Source: a virus (lineage: Duplodnaviria > Caudoviricetes). From it: DNA of 37,095 nt. Location: positions 1-37,095 of IMG/VR virus record IMGVR_UViG_3300044626_000467. The stretch is one strand, 5' to 3'. How positions within the stretch are numbered: the stretch's first letter is position 1; every line of letters begins with the position of its first letter. This document shows positions 1 through 8,685 of the stretch, in pieces. A model generated the notes under the pieces. It saw only the letters and a program-made list of their open reading frames with translations. It was not told where the DNA came from and ran no database searches. Made by a program: the position numbers and the translations under genes.

Positions 1-630
1 TATACGGACATCACAGCAGCAGACAGCATGGTTGCCACTGCCTTGGCTATAACCGGAAACACCGAAGGAATCGACTCGCTGCCAATTACGTGAAGCTTCA
101 ACCGCAACGACACCGACAAATCCAAGAGCCAAACCGGAAGCAAGTTCGCTTTCATCATCGACTCGGTAGCATTCGAACGCTTTGTAGTTCGCGGCATCTT
201 CGGTGGCTTGTTTGCTGATGTCACGCTTCAGATAAGATTCGTGCTTAACCAAGTCTTGTCGGCACGTTCCGATGCGTTCTACCGTTTGCATCGTGCAAAG
301 AAGTTGCGCTCCGGCATCGCGTCCGCCGTTGCAGCGTACGTAGACGAACTCACCGGACAATGGCACGTATGGCAAGCCAGCATTGAAGCGGCATAGTGCT
401 AATGCCATTGATGCGGCATAGCCCGCACAAGAGCCGCGACGGCCTTGGCTTCTCGTCCAGTTCAGATCGTAGCGTGCAAGTGCTGGCGAACGGTCTGGAT
501 TCTCGACGACTTGCTTAATCTGGTCTTTGCTCAAGACGTTCTGCGTTGCCCGATAAGGTGCGTAAACTTCTGGCCTAGAGTCAGGAACGATAAGACCACA
601 AAAGTTACCGTCGAATTCTTGAATGCTCAT
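1..630 (-). CDS. Papain-like (C1 family) cysteine peptidase, N-terminal part, runs off the window start
   Basis: Not in ORF track. Manual translation from ATG 630 (ATGA overlap with upstream stop): MSIQEFDGNFCG...SQGRRGSCAGYAA...GSGNHAVCCCDVRI; QGxxGSC and NHAV catalytic motifs. Confidence 0.88.
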   Translation of the reverse strand, partial: MSIQEFDGNFCGLIVPDSRPEVYAPYRATQNVLSKDQIKQVVENPDRSPALARYDLNWTRSQGRRGSCAGYAASMALALCRFNAGLPYVPLSGEFVYVRCNGGRDAGAQLLCTMQTVERIGTCRQDLVKHESYLKRDISKQATEDAANYKAFECYRVDDESELASGLALGFVGVVAVEASRNWQRVDSFGVSGYSQGSGNHAVCCCDVRI

Positions 631-1019
631 TTGCCGATCACCTCAAAAATCAATGCGTCGGCTTGCTTTGCGGTCTTTGGTGCGATCCCTTTCTTGAGAA
701 CCTTGCCGGTTAGAGAGACAAACAGATAGGCCGGTCGTTCGTCGATTGCTTTTGCGTATGTCGCTGCTTCTGGTTGGTCGTCATCGTAAACTCGGAAGTT
801 GATCTGACGCTCGAGCAGTGAGTCTCGCCAAGGCTTGTTTTGTAAGAGAACCGCTAGATCAAGATCGCGGTCGTCCGATTCTTCGAGAATCACGAACCAC
901 GCTGAAGGATCTTTGGCAACGAAACTCCAAGACGGAAGCTCAATGCCACTGCCACTCAATAGGAGGCCCGCTCCAGCGATGGCAAGTAGAACCGGGAATA
1001 TAACCGACTTCCAGTTCAC
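627..1019 (-). CDS. Membrane-anchored protein, possible thioredoxin-like fold without CxxC
   Basis: N-terminal hydrophobic helix; C-terminal RPAYLFVSLTGKVL resembles the cis-Pro/beta-hairpin end of the Trx fold; no Cys. Confidence 0.5.
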   Translation of the reverse strand: MNWKSVIFPVLLAIAGAGLLLSGSGIELPSWSFVAKDPSAWFVILEESDDRDLDLAVLLQNKPWRDSLLERQINFRVYDDDQPEAATYAKAIDERPAYLFVSLTGKVLKKGIAPKTAKQADALIFEVIGK

Positions 1020-1231
1020 GGCTTCGCCTCCGCATCGTAGAGAGCCTTACCAGCCGCTTTAAGATGCTCAGCTACCCGTGCGTTGGGTGCCGCTTCGATC
1101 ATCGAAACAATCGTGCTATGCATATCACTGACGTTCGCGGCCTTTGGTTTGCGGCTGCTCAAAGCAATCCACAAGCACCAAAGCACTGCGACGACAATCA
1201 GGATAATACCAAGCACAATTTGAGGACTCAT
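1016..1231 (-). CDS. Small single-pass membrane protein (lysis-like cassette)
   Basis: IVLGIILIVVAVLWCLWIAL TM helix; ATGA-coupled to both neighbours. Confidence 0.65.
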   Translation of the reverse strand: MSPQIVLGIILIVVAVLWCLWIALSSRKPKAANVSDMHSTIVSMIEAAPNARVAEHLKAAGKALYDAEAKP

Positions 1232-1500
1232 AACGGTTCATCCTCGTTGATTTCGTATTCCTGATCGTCGGAATTATCAAACTCCGGAGGACTCGAAAGC
1301 TTGTTCTCAAGCCACTTGCGAAGTAGTTCAACTGCTATCTGAACTAGGATCGCAACTAGCCACGGAGGAAGGCCCAAGCCTTCGACTTCTGCTGTTGCGT
1401 TCGCTGTCATCGCAGCTTCGTCACCGCCAGCGAGGTAAGCTTCTCTTGCTGCCTGATAGGCCCTGCGACGATAAAAGAGGCCAAGTCGTTTTCTAGCCAT
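1228..1500 (-). CDS. Hypothetical protein with hydrophobic/amphipathic segment
   Basis: Tightly coupled ORF; LPPWLVAILVQIAVELL segment and acidic tail. Confidence 0.6.
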   Translation of the reverse strand: MARKRLGLFYRRRAYQAAREAYLAGGDEAAMTANATAEVEGLGLPPWLVAILVQIAVELLRKWLENKLSSPPEFDNSDDQEYEINEDEPL

Positions 1501-1705
1501 TGGTTTCACCGTCCTTTGGCTGCTGCGTTTCTAAGAACTTTCGAGCGGCGTTTATGGCGATCGCGACAACTGCGGCTATGATTGGCCCCGCCATTCCACC
1601 GTCTTTTTCTAAGAACGGAACGACGACGTTCGCGGCATAGGTCACCAGTGCGCCAAGGATCGCGATCGCTGCCCCGGTTAGAATTTTCTTCAGTTTCTCG
1701 TCCAT
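1493..1705 (-). CDS. Two-TM holin-like protein
   Basis: AAAGGAAAG SD before ATG 1705; two hydrophobic helices and a charged C-terminus. Confidence 0.55.
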   Translation of the reverse strand: MDEKLKKILTGAAIAILGALVTYAANVVVPFLEKDGGMAGPIIAAVVAIAINAARKFLETQQPKDGETNG

Positions 1706-1750
1706 CGTCTTTCCTTTCTGTTGGTTCAATCATTTTACGCTATTTGTCTA

Positions 1751-2968
1751 CTAGCTTTTTCTCAAGGCTTTCGGCATCAGGCACGCCCGAAGCTCCGGAC
1801 AAATCACCGGAATTCCGGCCCGTTCGACGATCTCCCTAGCTTGCCTTGGATCGCTTTCGATGAAGTGCGAGCACTGCTCATTTACGATCTGCTGTGCCTT
1901 GAACGCTGCGATCGATTGTCCTCGGCGAGCTGCGATGTCCGGCCAGTGCCCAAAGATGATCTTGCTGGCAACTTGTCGATTTAGTGCAAGCCAACTTTCT
2001 GTTAGCGATCGGTACTTCTCAAGTCGTCCGGTGATAATCAGCGGAACGCCATGCGGGTAAACGTGACGAATTGCGGGAACGCTCTGCATCCAAGCGGAAT
2101 AGCGTTCACCGTCATCGTCGGTATCGCGCGGACAGTCACCGCACAAGATGCCATCGAAATCGATCCCGATCCGCATTTGCTGCATTGCTCTTGAGCCGTA
2201 AAGCCACCAGTCAAACCAGTGCGGAAGCGGGAGTTCGCAGCCAACGTAATCGGCTAGGTGCTTGGATCTCGGCGTCGAAAAGATCGAAGCGTAAAGATGC
2301 TCGTCGCCTAGCGATCGCTTCAGTTCGCTAAACCTGCGGCCTGTGTTGAGTGAATCTTCAACAACGATCGTTCTACCCTTTTGAGGCACATTCTCAATCC
2401 GTCTACCGTGCGTTAGGCTGCGGAGTCCTTGCGACGAAGCTTCAAGAAGCGGCACGGAAAGATGAATTGCCATTGCCGAAGCGGCAAGCATTCCGGAACG
2501 AGGAACACCGGCAACAGCTGAGATTTCGTGTTCTTTCGCAATTTCGGAAGCGAGTCCTTTTGCTAAACCAAGCAAGTCTTCCATGAGCCAGTAGCGTGTT
2601 GAATCTCCGGTGGAAAGGATCATCGTCTCTCCGCTTTTACCTTTAAGCTCGAAGTCATCACAACCCACGCAGTAAACCGGACTCCACGGTTCTTTCTTGC
2701 CGTCAAGAGTGAGGATTTGCTGAGTGCCTGGTTTTCGTTTTTGTTTCGCGGCTAAACCATGCTTGGCGCACTTAAATACGGAAACATCACCTTGGCAACC
2801 ACAATCGATCTTTCCGTAGAGATCGCCTTGATGCGTGCAGCGGTCGGACGGCTGAGTGTCGCCAGAAATCATTTCCAGTTCATCTTCAATCCTGCGTCCG
2901 CATGCGCAGTACACCGGATAGACACGAGGCTGTTTTGTAAATTCGTGTTTGCAATTAGGACACTTCAT
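1751..2968 (-). CDS. Cys-rich domain + type I phosphoribosyltransferase + HAD-family phosphatase fusion
   Basis: GVPRSG loop and IVVEDSLNTG PRPP-binding motif; HAD motifs IDFDG, IITGR, K, FIESD; N-terminal CxxC/CxC clusters. Confidence 0.8.
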   Translation of the reverse strand: MKCPNCKHEFTKQPRVYPVYCACGRRIEDELEMISGDTQPSDRCTHQGDLYGKIDCGCQGDVSVFKCAKHGLAAKQKRKPGTQQILTLDGKKEPWSPVYCVGCDDFELKGKSGETMILSTGDSTRYWLMEDLLGLAKGLASEIAKEHEISAVAGVPRSGMLAASAMAIHLSVPLLEASSQGLRSLTHGRRIENVPQKGRTIVVEDSLNTGRRFSELKRSLGDEHLYASIFSTPRSKHLADYVGCELPLPHWFDWWLYGSRAMQQMRIGIDFDGILCGDCPRDTDDDGERYSAWMQSVPAIRHVYPHGVPLIITGRLEKYRSLTESWLALNRQVASKIIFGHWPDIAARRGQSIAAFKAQQIVNEQCSHFIESDPRQAREIVERAGIPVICPELRACLMPKALRKS

Positions 2969-4052
2969 AGGTTCCATCGCCAACTAAGGTCGTCAACGTA
3001 AGCGGATCGCTACAAGCTACAGCCAATGATTCAGCATATTTGATTGGGTCGTTGGGTGATTCTCTCAAAAACAATCGTACATCGAGCACCTCACAACCCC
3101 TGCAATCTATCACGACAAACCAATTTTTTGCAGGACTTCCAAAGTCAGCAGAACCAAAGATACATTGCGAATAACCTGGTGCTCCATCTGGAGAAAAGAA
3201 AACTTCACTGTCCTTGGTTAGTAAATACGTCCCAGGATAATCGCCACCTGTAACAGTTAAAAGCAAATCATTATCAACACCCAGACAAGTTAAGCACTCG
3301 CAACCACAAGCCGAACCGTTACCAACAAGTGATACCGTCGCTGCATCCATATTGCAAACATCGGGAACCGTGACGCCTCGCGAATTGTTGACCGAAGACG
3401 TTGAAATGTAAGTTAATGCGCCAAGAATATCGTCGCAATTGCACTGATTGGTTCTTCGAAAAGTGTGCGTATAGGTTGTCTCTGGGCTTGTCGGAGGATT
3501 CGGTGGTATGGCAACCTCATCACATGATTTTCGAACCTTGTATTCAATCAGAACTTCAGTTGTCGAGCATCCAGCAGAGTAGGTTACGTTGACAGTAACT
3601 TTTGGCGAAACAATGCTGTATTCCGGAACGCACTGGGAAAAATCCCAAAGATAGGTATCTTCTGGACATAGATAGTTACTGTATGTCCAGCATGCGAACC
3701 GAGTCATGTTATCATTCGAATTCGGCGTGAATTCTTGCGTTTGATCGGAGCAATTAGGCCCAGTGAATCCGCTTCCGTCCCATCCTTCTCGCTGCGACGC
3801 ACCAATACCAGCATTTAGGAAGAAAAGTCCATCAAACAAGATACGACACTGAAAACACTCAGCAGAGACATCGCAATCCGTAGTAGGACAAGTTGCGCCG
3901 GTTGATTTGCTAACGACATCCGGAGTTGGTGTATCTATTTGAATTGCACACGGAAACGGACACGGTGGCGTTCCTGTGCATTTATACAAACATCGCGTCG
4001 TGCAATCTTCGCCCTCGCAGCAATTGCATCCTGGGTTATTTTTCTTCGGCAT
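2955..4052 (-). CDS. Cys-rich tail-tip/structural protein
   Basis: About 29 Cys in 365 aa by my count; Thr/Ser-rich; at the end of the tail module. Confidence 0.55.
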   Translation of the reverse strand: MPKKNNPGCNCCEGEDCTTRCLYKCTGTPPCPFPCAIQIDTPTPDVVSKSTGATCPTTDCDVSAECFQCRILFDGLFFLNAGIGASQREGWDGSGFTGPNCSDQTQEFTPNSNDNMTRFACWTYSNYLCPEDTYLWDFSQCVPEYSIVSPKVTVNVTYSAGCSTTEVLIEYKVRKSCDEVAIPPNPPTSPETTYTHTFRRTNQCNCDDILGALTYISTSSVNNSRGVTVPDVCNMDAATVSLVGNGSACGCECLTCLGVDNDLLLTVTGGDYPGTYLLTKDSEVFFSPDGAPGYSQCIFGSADFGSPAKNWFVVIDCRGCEVLDVRLFLRESPNDPIKYAESLAVACSDPLTLTTLVGDGTYEVS

Positions 4053-4423
4053 TAGCTACCACCCGCGCCGCAATCTTCGACGATGACAATCCACTTGTTA
4101 GTTCGGAACTCTCGGCCAACAACGACGTACGTATTGCCAACAACAGCGGATTGCGTGATGTTGTAAGCGGTATCGGTTTCGGTTGTGGCCGACAAAACAC
4201 CAGCGTCGGAGATTTCGTAAAACGTCACCGTTCCGCTTCCAAGCGTCGTCCCGCTGCGAGCTGCGATACCAGATGCGTCAGTGTAAGCCACCGCCATTTC
4301 GGTGTAAACGCGACGGCCAGCACCTCCCGTAATTCCAGTTGACGGAATGTTTGAAACTCGGCGAACACGGTTCCAATCTTCCGCTTTAATCTGAAGCCGA
4401 TCGCCTGGGAACGCTTGCTTCAT
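4052..4423 (-). CDS. Minor tail protein (putative spike/tip)
   Basis: Position after the tape measure and distal tail gene; beta-rich composition. Confidence 0.5.
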   Translation of the reverse strand: MKQAFPGDRLQIKAEDWNRVRRVSNIPSTGITGGAGRRVYTEMAVAYTDASGIAARSGTTLGSGTVTFYEISDAGVLSATTETDTAYNITQSAVVGNTYVVVGREFRTNKWIVIVEDCGAGGS

Positions 4424-4424
4424 T

Positions 4425-5243
4425 TTAGGTGATTCCTAAAAGCGAGAAGTTGCCATCGTTGTAAATCTTGGATTTGTAGACACCGAGCAAAGTCGGAGTC
4501 TCGGCGGTCTTCGGCTTAAAGTAGCTCCAGACATATTCGTGACCCTTTTTATCGGTCACCGTCACTCCTGCATACGTTGCACTTGCTACGTTCGGCTGCG
4601 CGGAAAACGTAAAAGTAATTTCCGTATCCCCATCGGAAACCTGCTGACCTTCCGCGCCGAGAAAAAGAAGCTCGCCAGCAGCGAAGCCTAGGAAGGTCGC
4701 GTTGTTCGTTGTGCCGGTTAGGGAGACAACCGTGTTGATATACGGCAAGGTTATTTGTGCGCCTGTTTTTCGCTTGCGAATCTGAAGTTGCAATTGCGGG
4801 ATGACGACATCGACGCCGTTAATTGTCTGACCATCGTAATTGATATAGTCGGACATTGCTGGTGGAGAAGTGCCGTAGGAGGTATTTGCGGCAACAGCAT
4901 GAAGTCTTTGGAACGTCCCGCCGGTTGTTGAGAAGCTAATCGCGTAGCTTGCCTCACCCGTCGTTCCTTCAATCGGAGGCGGTTCTACGTTGGTTCGATT
5001 CTTTCCGCTGCTTGCGGTAATTCCATACGAAGCTTTGCACGAATAAAGCAGCGGCCCAAGCGGCGAGACATCAAAGGAGGTTAGCGGCAGACCTCCAAAG
5101 ATTCGCGGAAGCTCGTCGCCGAGAAAGTGATAGACATCGGTTGCCGAGTTCGTGCCGGTGACGTAGTACAGCTTGGAAGCGGAAATCGCTCCACTACTCG
5201 GTACACTAAAATCTTGTGATTCCCAACTTTCAATAAGTTCCAT
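4425..5243 (-). CDS. Distal tail / hub-like protein
   Basis: Directly downstream of the tape measure; beta-rich; FLGFAAGELLFLG segment. Confidence 0.55.
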   Translation of the reverse strand: MELIESWESQDFSVPSSGAISASKLYYVTGTNSATDVYHFLGDELPRIFGGLPLTSFDVSPLGPLLYSCKASYGITASSGKNRTNVEPPPIEGTTGEASYAISFSTTGGTFQRLHAVAANTSYGTSPPAMSDYINYDGQTINGVDVVIPQLQLQIRKRKTGAQITLPYINTVVSLTGTTNNATFLGFAAGELLFLGAEGQQVSDGDTEITFTFSAQPNVASATYAGVTVTDKKGHEYVWSYFKPKTAETPTLLGVYKSKIYNDGNFSLLGIT

Positions 5244-6343
5244 TAGCCAAACACCATCCCGCCATTGGCGATTCGTGTAAGTTGTTCAAGATTCTTTTTA
5301 GCAATCTCTTTTGATTCTTTGGCTTCTTTAAGCAAGTCTTTTTGCGTTTGAAACTGGACGTTTCCACCACCAGCGGCAAGAGCGAAAGCGGAGGAGGTGC
5401 CAGAGACTGTTCCTTGAGTCTTGATTTCCTCTTGTTGTGTTGCGACCGCTGCATCCGTCGCGCGTTTCAAGTCACGCTTGGTTACTGCTTGCGAAGTTTG
5501 CGAAGTAACCTGTTTTCGAAGTGCATCAATTTCATCTTGTAAAATTCTCTGTCCTTCTTCCGCTTGCTGCCGTCTTTGGTCGGCTTCCTTGGCGGCGGCT
5601 GTTGCTGCTGCTGAACCGGCGACGTTACTTATTTTTCCGGCTTGCTGAAGTGCGGAGCCAAGTTGCTCAAGAGGCCCAAGCTGCGCGGCAATTTGTGGAG
5701 ATATTACTTTGAGTCCGATGATAAAACCGGAAACGGTGTTTCCAGCTTGAGAGAAGACATCACCAAGGATCGTTAGCAAGGTTGATGACATCGATTGCCA
5801 AGCGGAAATAAAGCCGCCTGTCATTCCGTCCCAAAGCCCAAGCAAAGCTTGCGAGCCCTCTAGGAATGCAATCTGAATTTCTTTCCAAAGAATATCAACA
5901 GCCGTTCCTATGTCGCCTGTTTGAAGTGCCGCGACTGCGCCAAATGATTCAAAGTACGTTGTTGCCTCGTTGATCGAATCCACAACCCACGTCAAGCCTT
6001 CGGTCATCTTTGTGAGTGTCGGCAAAATCAACGACATTAGCGTTGCGCCTAAAGTCGAAAGCGACTTAAACAAGCCATCCGAAGCTGTCTTGAATCTTTC
6101 TGTGTCCTTGGCTGTTCTCGGATCAAGCTTCGCCGCTTCAAATGCCGCTGCGGCCACGTCCTTAACTTTCGAAAATGCGAACTTGAGTCCGTCCGCAATT
6201 AAGCTTCCGGTTGCGACCGATAAAGCGGTGAGACTCTTACCGAATCCGCGAAGCTGTGCAGAAGCCTTTTCGAGTGCTGGCTTAACGCCACCGCTTTTAA
6301 CGCTAAGAGTTACAAAGACTTCACCCGCTGATAGTCCGGCCAT
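5243..6343 (-). CDS. Short tail tape measure protein
   Basis: Begins MAGLSAGEVFVTLSV as in many TMPs; Ala/Gly-rich helical with hydrophobic stretches; follows the tail chaperones. Confidence 0.72.
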   Translation of the reverse strand: MAGLSAGEVFVTLSVKSGGVKPALEKASAQLRGFGKSLTALSVATGSLIADGLKFAFSKVKDVAAAAFEAAKLDPRTAKDTERFKTASDGLFKSLSTLGATLMSLILPTLTKMTEGLTWVVDSINEATTYFESFGAVAALQTGDIGTAVDILWKEIQIAFLEGSQALLGLWDGMTGGFISAWQSMSSTLLTILGDVFSQAGNTVSGFIIGLKVISPQIAAQLGPLEQLGSALQQAGKISNVAGSAAATAAAKEADQRRQQAEEGQRILQDEIDALRKQVTSQTSQAVTKRDLKRATDAAVATQQEEIKTQGTVSGTSSAFALAAGGGNVQFQTQKDLLKEAKESKEIAKKNLEQLTRIANGGMVFG

Positions 6344-6344
6344 T

Positions 6345-7001
6345 TCACTCCCCCTTTAGTAGCTCGGCCACATGCCGCTTGAAATGTCCGCTCTTGGCGT
6401 ACTTGATTGCACCGGATTTCATAAACGATCGCTTCGGATAAGCTGCTTGGCGTTTCATAGTAATAAGGCCAAAGTCATCCATCGTCTTTGGTTTTGTCTT
6501 TCCGAACTTCTTGCGCTTCGCTGCCTTGCGACTGTACTTTTCGAAATCGCGAATAGCTTTTTGGAGTCCAATATACTTAGCGGCGTTCTCCGGTTCGAAC
6601 ATCCATTTTGTATCACCTTTAGGAGAAAGCCTAAACTGCTCCTTGCCAACGACTCCGCCAAATTCGTGAACCGCTGGCACGTTGTAATCTTGCTTTGGAC
6701 GATTCCACTTAATTACCTTAACAATAACGCTTTGCTCGTCATCGGTTAGATTGTAGGTGATCTTTCGAAGGCCGTCGTCACCTGGAAGCCTTTGGCGTGG
6801 TGGCGTGCCTGGTTTTGATGGCTTTGGCGACTTCGCTCGTTTGAGACTGTTTTGAATTCTGATCCGGACGTTCGCGCCAATCGTTCCGAGAATCCTAGTG
6901 CGAAACTTTCCGATCTTATCAATTGTTTCTTGACGATCAAAAAAGCGACGCTTATCAGCAGATGAAAAAAACATATCTGCTTTCATAAACTTAAGCGTCA
7001 T
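6345..7001 (-). CDS. Basic tail-completion/virion morphogenesis protein (HK97 gp10-like)
   Basis: SKPGTPP, VHEFGG and YPKRSFM motifs typical of gp10-like proteins. Confidence 0.6.
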   Translation of the reverse strand: MTLKFMKADMFFSSADKRRFFDRQETIDKIGKFRTRILGTIGANVRIRIQNSLKRAKSPKPSKPGTPPRQRLPGDDGLRKITYNLTDDEQSVIVKVIKWNRPKQDYNVPAVHEFGGVVGKEQFRLSPKGDTKWMFEPENAAKYIGLQKAIRDFEKYSRKAAKRKKFGKTKPKTMDDFGLITMKRQAAYPKRSFMKSGAIKYAKSGHFKRHVAELLKGE

Positions 7002-7284
7002 TTTCCACCTTTATTTCGCTTGCTAGTACCTTAGTCACCTTGGAGGCTAGCGGCTTCAAGCCGTGAAGATCAATTGCCGTTATGCTTCTTCGCTTCGTTT
7101 GGATATACGGATTGAATGCTTTGGCCTCCCAGTTGCGCTTATCTTTTCTCGGCGTCGCGAAGTCTCTAATCGCTGCTTCGATCTTTGCTGCTTTCCACCA
7201 AGAGCCTTCCGCTATAAACCGAAGTTCTTTGAGAGAGTACGGCCCTGGATCGATGCCGATTTCTCCCGAAAGCTCTAGTATCAA
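6991..7284 (-). CDS. Tail assembly chaperone, T-part (probably expressed by -1 frameshift)
   Basis: Weak TTG start; the frame stays open upstream to the slippery site at 7395-7401. Confidence 0.7.
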   Translation of the reverse strand: MILELSGEIGIDPGPYSLKELRFIAEGSWWKAAKIEAAIRDFATPRKDKRNWEAKAFNPYIQTKRRSITAIDLHGLKPLASKVTKVLASEIKVENDA

Positions 7285-7688
7285 TCGCCAAAGATCAAAT
7301 TGTCCACCGCTTCGCTGACTTGCTGAAGCTTCGCCGCCTCCATCTGTTTCACCTTCATCAGGAGCCGCTGAAGGATTTCTCGGCGGCTGCTCGGGAAAAA
7401 ATCTACGATCGCCTGAAGCAGTGCGGAAGTTGCTCTCTCAATCGCATCACCGAGTAAACCGTGTGCAAACATTTCTTCGGTTACGGATTTGCTCTTGGCT
7501 TGTTCTTCGATCAAATCCCAAATGACATCCACCCACATGCAAGGATCATCAACCAATCGATTTAACTCATCTTGCGACGAAATCACCTTGGCTAGATCGA
7601 TCCCTCGCTTCGATCGAACTTTGCGAATCGCGTTGATGTCAATTCGCAAACTCCAATTGTTTCCTAATTCATCGACAAAATCTGACAT
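7281..7688 (-). CDS. Tail assembly chaperone (gpG-like)
   Basis: Between tail tube and TMP; SD AAGGAAAG before ATG 7688; contains T TTT TTC. Confidence 0.75.
   Translation of the reverse strand: MSDFVDELGNNWSLRIDINAIRKVRSKRGIDLAKVISSQDELNRLVDDPCMWVDVIWDLIEEQAKSKSVTEEMFAHGLLGDAIERATSALLQAIVDFFPSSRREILQRLLMKVKQMEAAKLQQVSEAVDNLIFGD
7395..7401 (-). promoter_or_regulatory. Programmed -1 ribosomal frameshift site T TTT TTC
   Basis: X XXY YYZ heptamer in frame (GAT TTT TTC); a -1 slip enters the frame of the 6991..7284 ORF with no intervening stop. Confidence 0.75.
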
Positions 7689-7710
7689 CGCTTTCCTTTT
7701 TCCTTCCTTA

Positions 7711-8187
7711 TTAGCTGCCGCTGATCTCGTACCAGTCTGGCTCAATCAGTGTGCTCGTATTATCAAGCTTTCGTGCGTAATCAACAGTGACAGAAAACGT
7801 GCGAACGCCTTCCAATTCCTCGGTCATCGTAAACGCTGTGACGATTCCTGGGAAACGCCAGCCGCTAGAACCGGCAGTTGCGATCGCACCATCCATTACG
7901 GCGAAGGTCAAAACCGTATCGGCGATGAAGGAATCCAATAAAGCAGCGTAAACAGCGTCAGCAGAGTTATTGTGAAGGTAGCCGAACTGGAGCTGAATCT
8001 CTTTGAGAGTCCCGGCCTTGGCTTTCCAGAGGCTTTCGCGGCTCATGACGTCAACCGTGCCTTTAGTGATCGTCGGTAGATCGACATTCATTGCTTGTCT
8101 GATTTGAACCCACGTCGGCGAGTTGTACGCGACGCTGTAATACAGTTTGCAGTCCTTGCCGACCTTTCCGATTGCTTCATTGGCCAT
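7711..8187 (-). CDS. Major tail tube protein
   Basis: 158 aa beta-rich; GKDCKLY...W..I..A.NV.L; typical position. Confidence 0.75.
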   Translation of the reverse strand: MANEAIGKVGKDCKLYYSVAYNSPTWVQIRQAMNVDLPTITKGTVDVMSRESLWKAKAGTLKEIQLQFGYLHNNSADAVYAALLDSFIADTVLTFAVMDGAIATAGSSGWRFPGIVTAFTMTEELEGVRTFSVTVDYARKLDNTSTLIEPDWYEISGS

Positions 8188-8199
8188 CTATCGAGGCTC

Positions 8200-8685
8200 C
8201 TAAACTAAGGTGTTTCGTTCAACAATAAAATACGTGTAACTTTGAACGGCACGAAAGACGTTCATCGTTTCTAAGTTGTCGGCCTCGTACAGAGGATCGC
8301 TATCGATTCGCGTCAACGTGCAATCTGCTTTCTGGTAGCAAAATTGCTTCATTGCGCGTTCAACTTGTTCAGCAAAATCAACGAGCGTCTCCAGTTCTTC
8401 AACCGTTCCGCCGTCGTTGATTTCGTTTGTGTTTTTAAGCTTGGCAACGATCTCGATTTGAATCGAATACTCGCTGCGGTAAATATCTTGCCGCGCTGCT
8501 GGCTCCTGCGTTTTTGTTGCGCACCGAACATAGCACGTTGGAAAGATTTCTAAACTTTCAAGCGTGTAAGCGTGCGAGTAGCTTTTTTTGAACAAGACAG
8601 GATCAAGCGTGAAGCGTTCTTGCGTCGCTTGCGATTCAAGTTCGGTTACAATCTCGCTTACTAAATTTCTCGCTCGGCTCGTCAT
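8200..8685 (-). CDS. Tail terminator-like protein
   Basis: Position upstream of the tail tube; acidic alpha/beta protein. Confidence 0.55.
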   Translation of the reverse strand: MTSRARNLVSEIVTELESQATQERFTLDPVLFKKSYSHAYTLESLEIFPTCYVRCATKTQEPAARQDIYRSEYSIQIEIVAKLKNTNEINDGGTVEELETLVDFAEQVERAMKQFCYQKADCTLTRIDSDPLYEADNLETMNVFRAVQSYTYFIVERNTLV

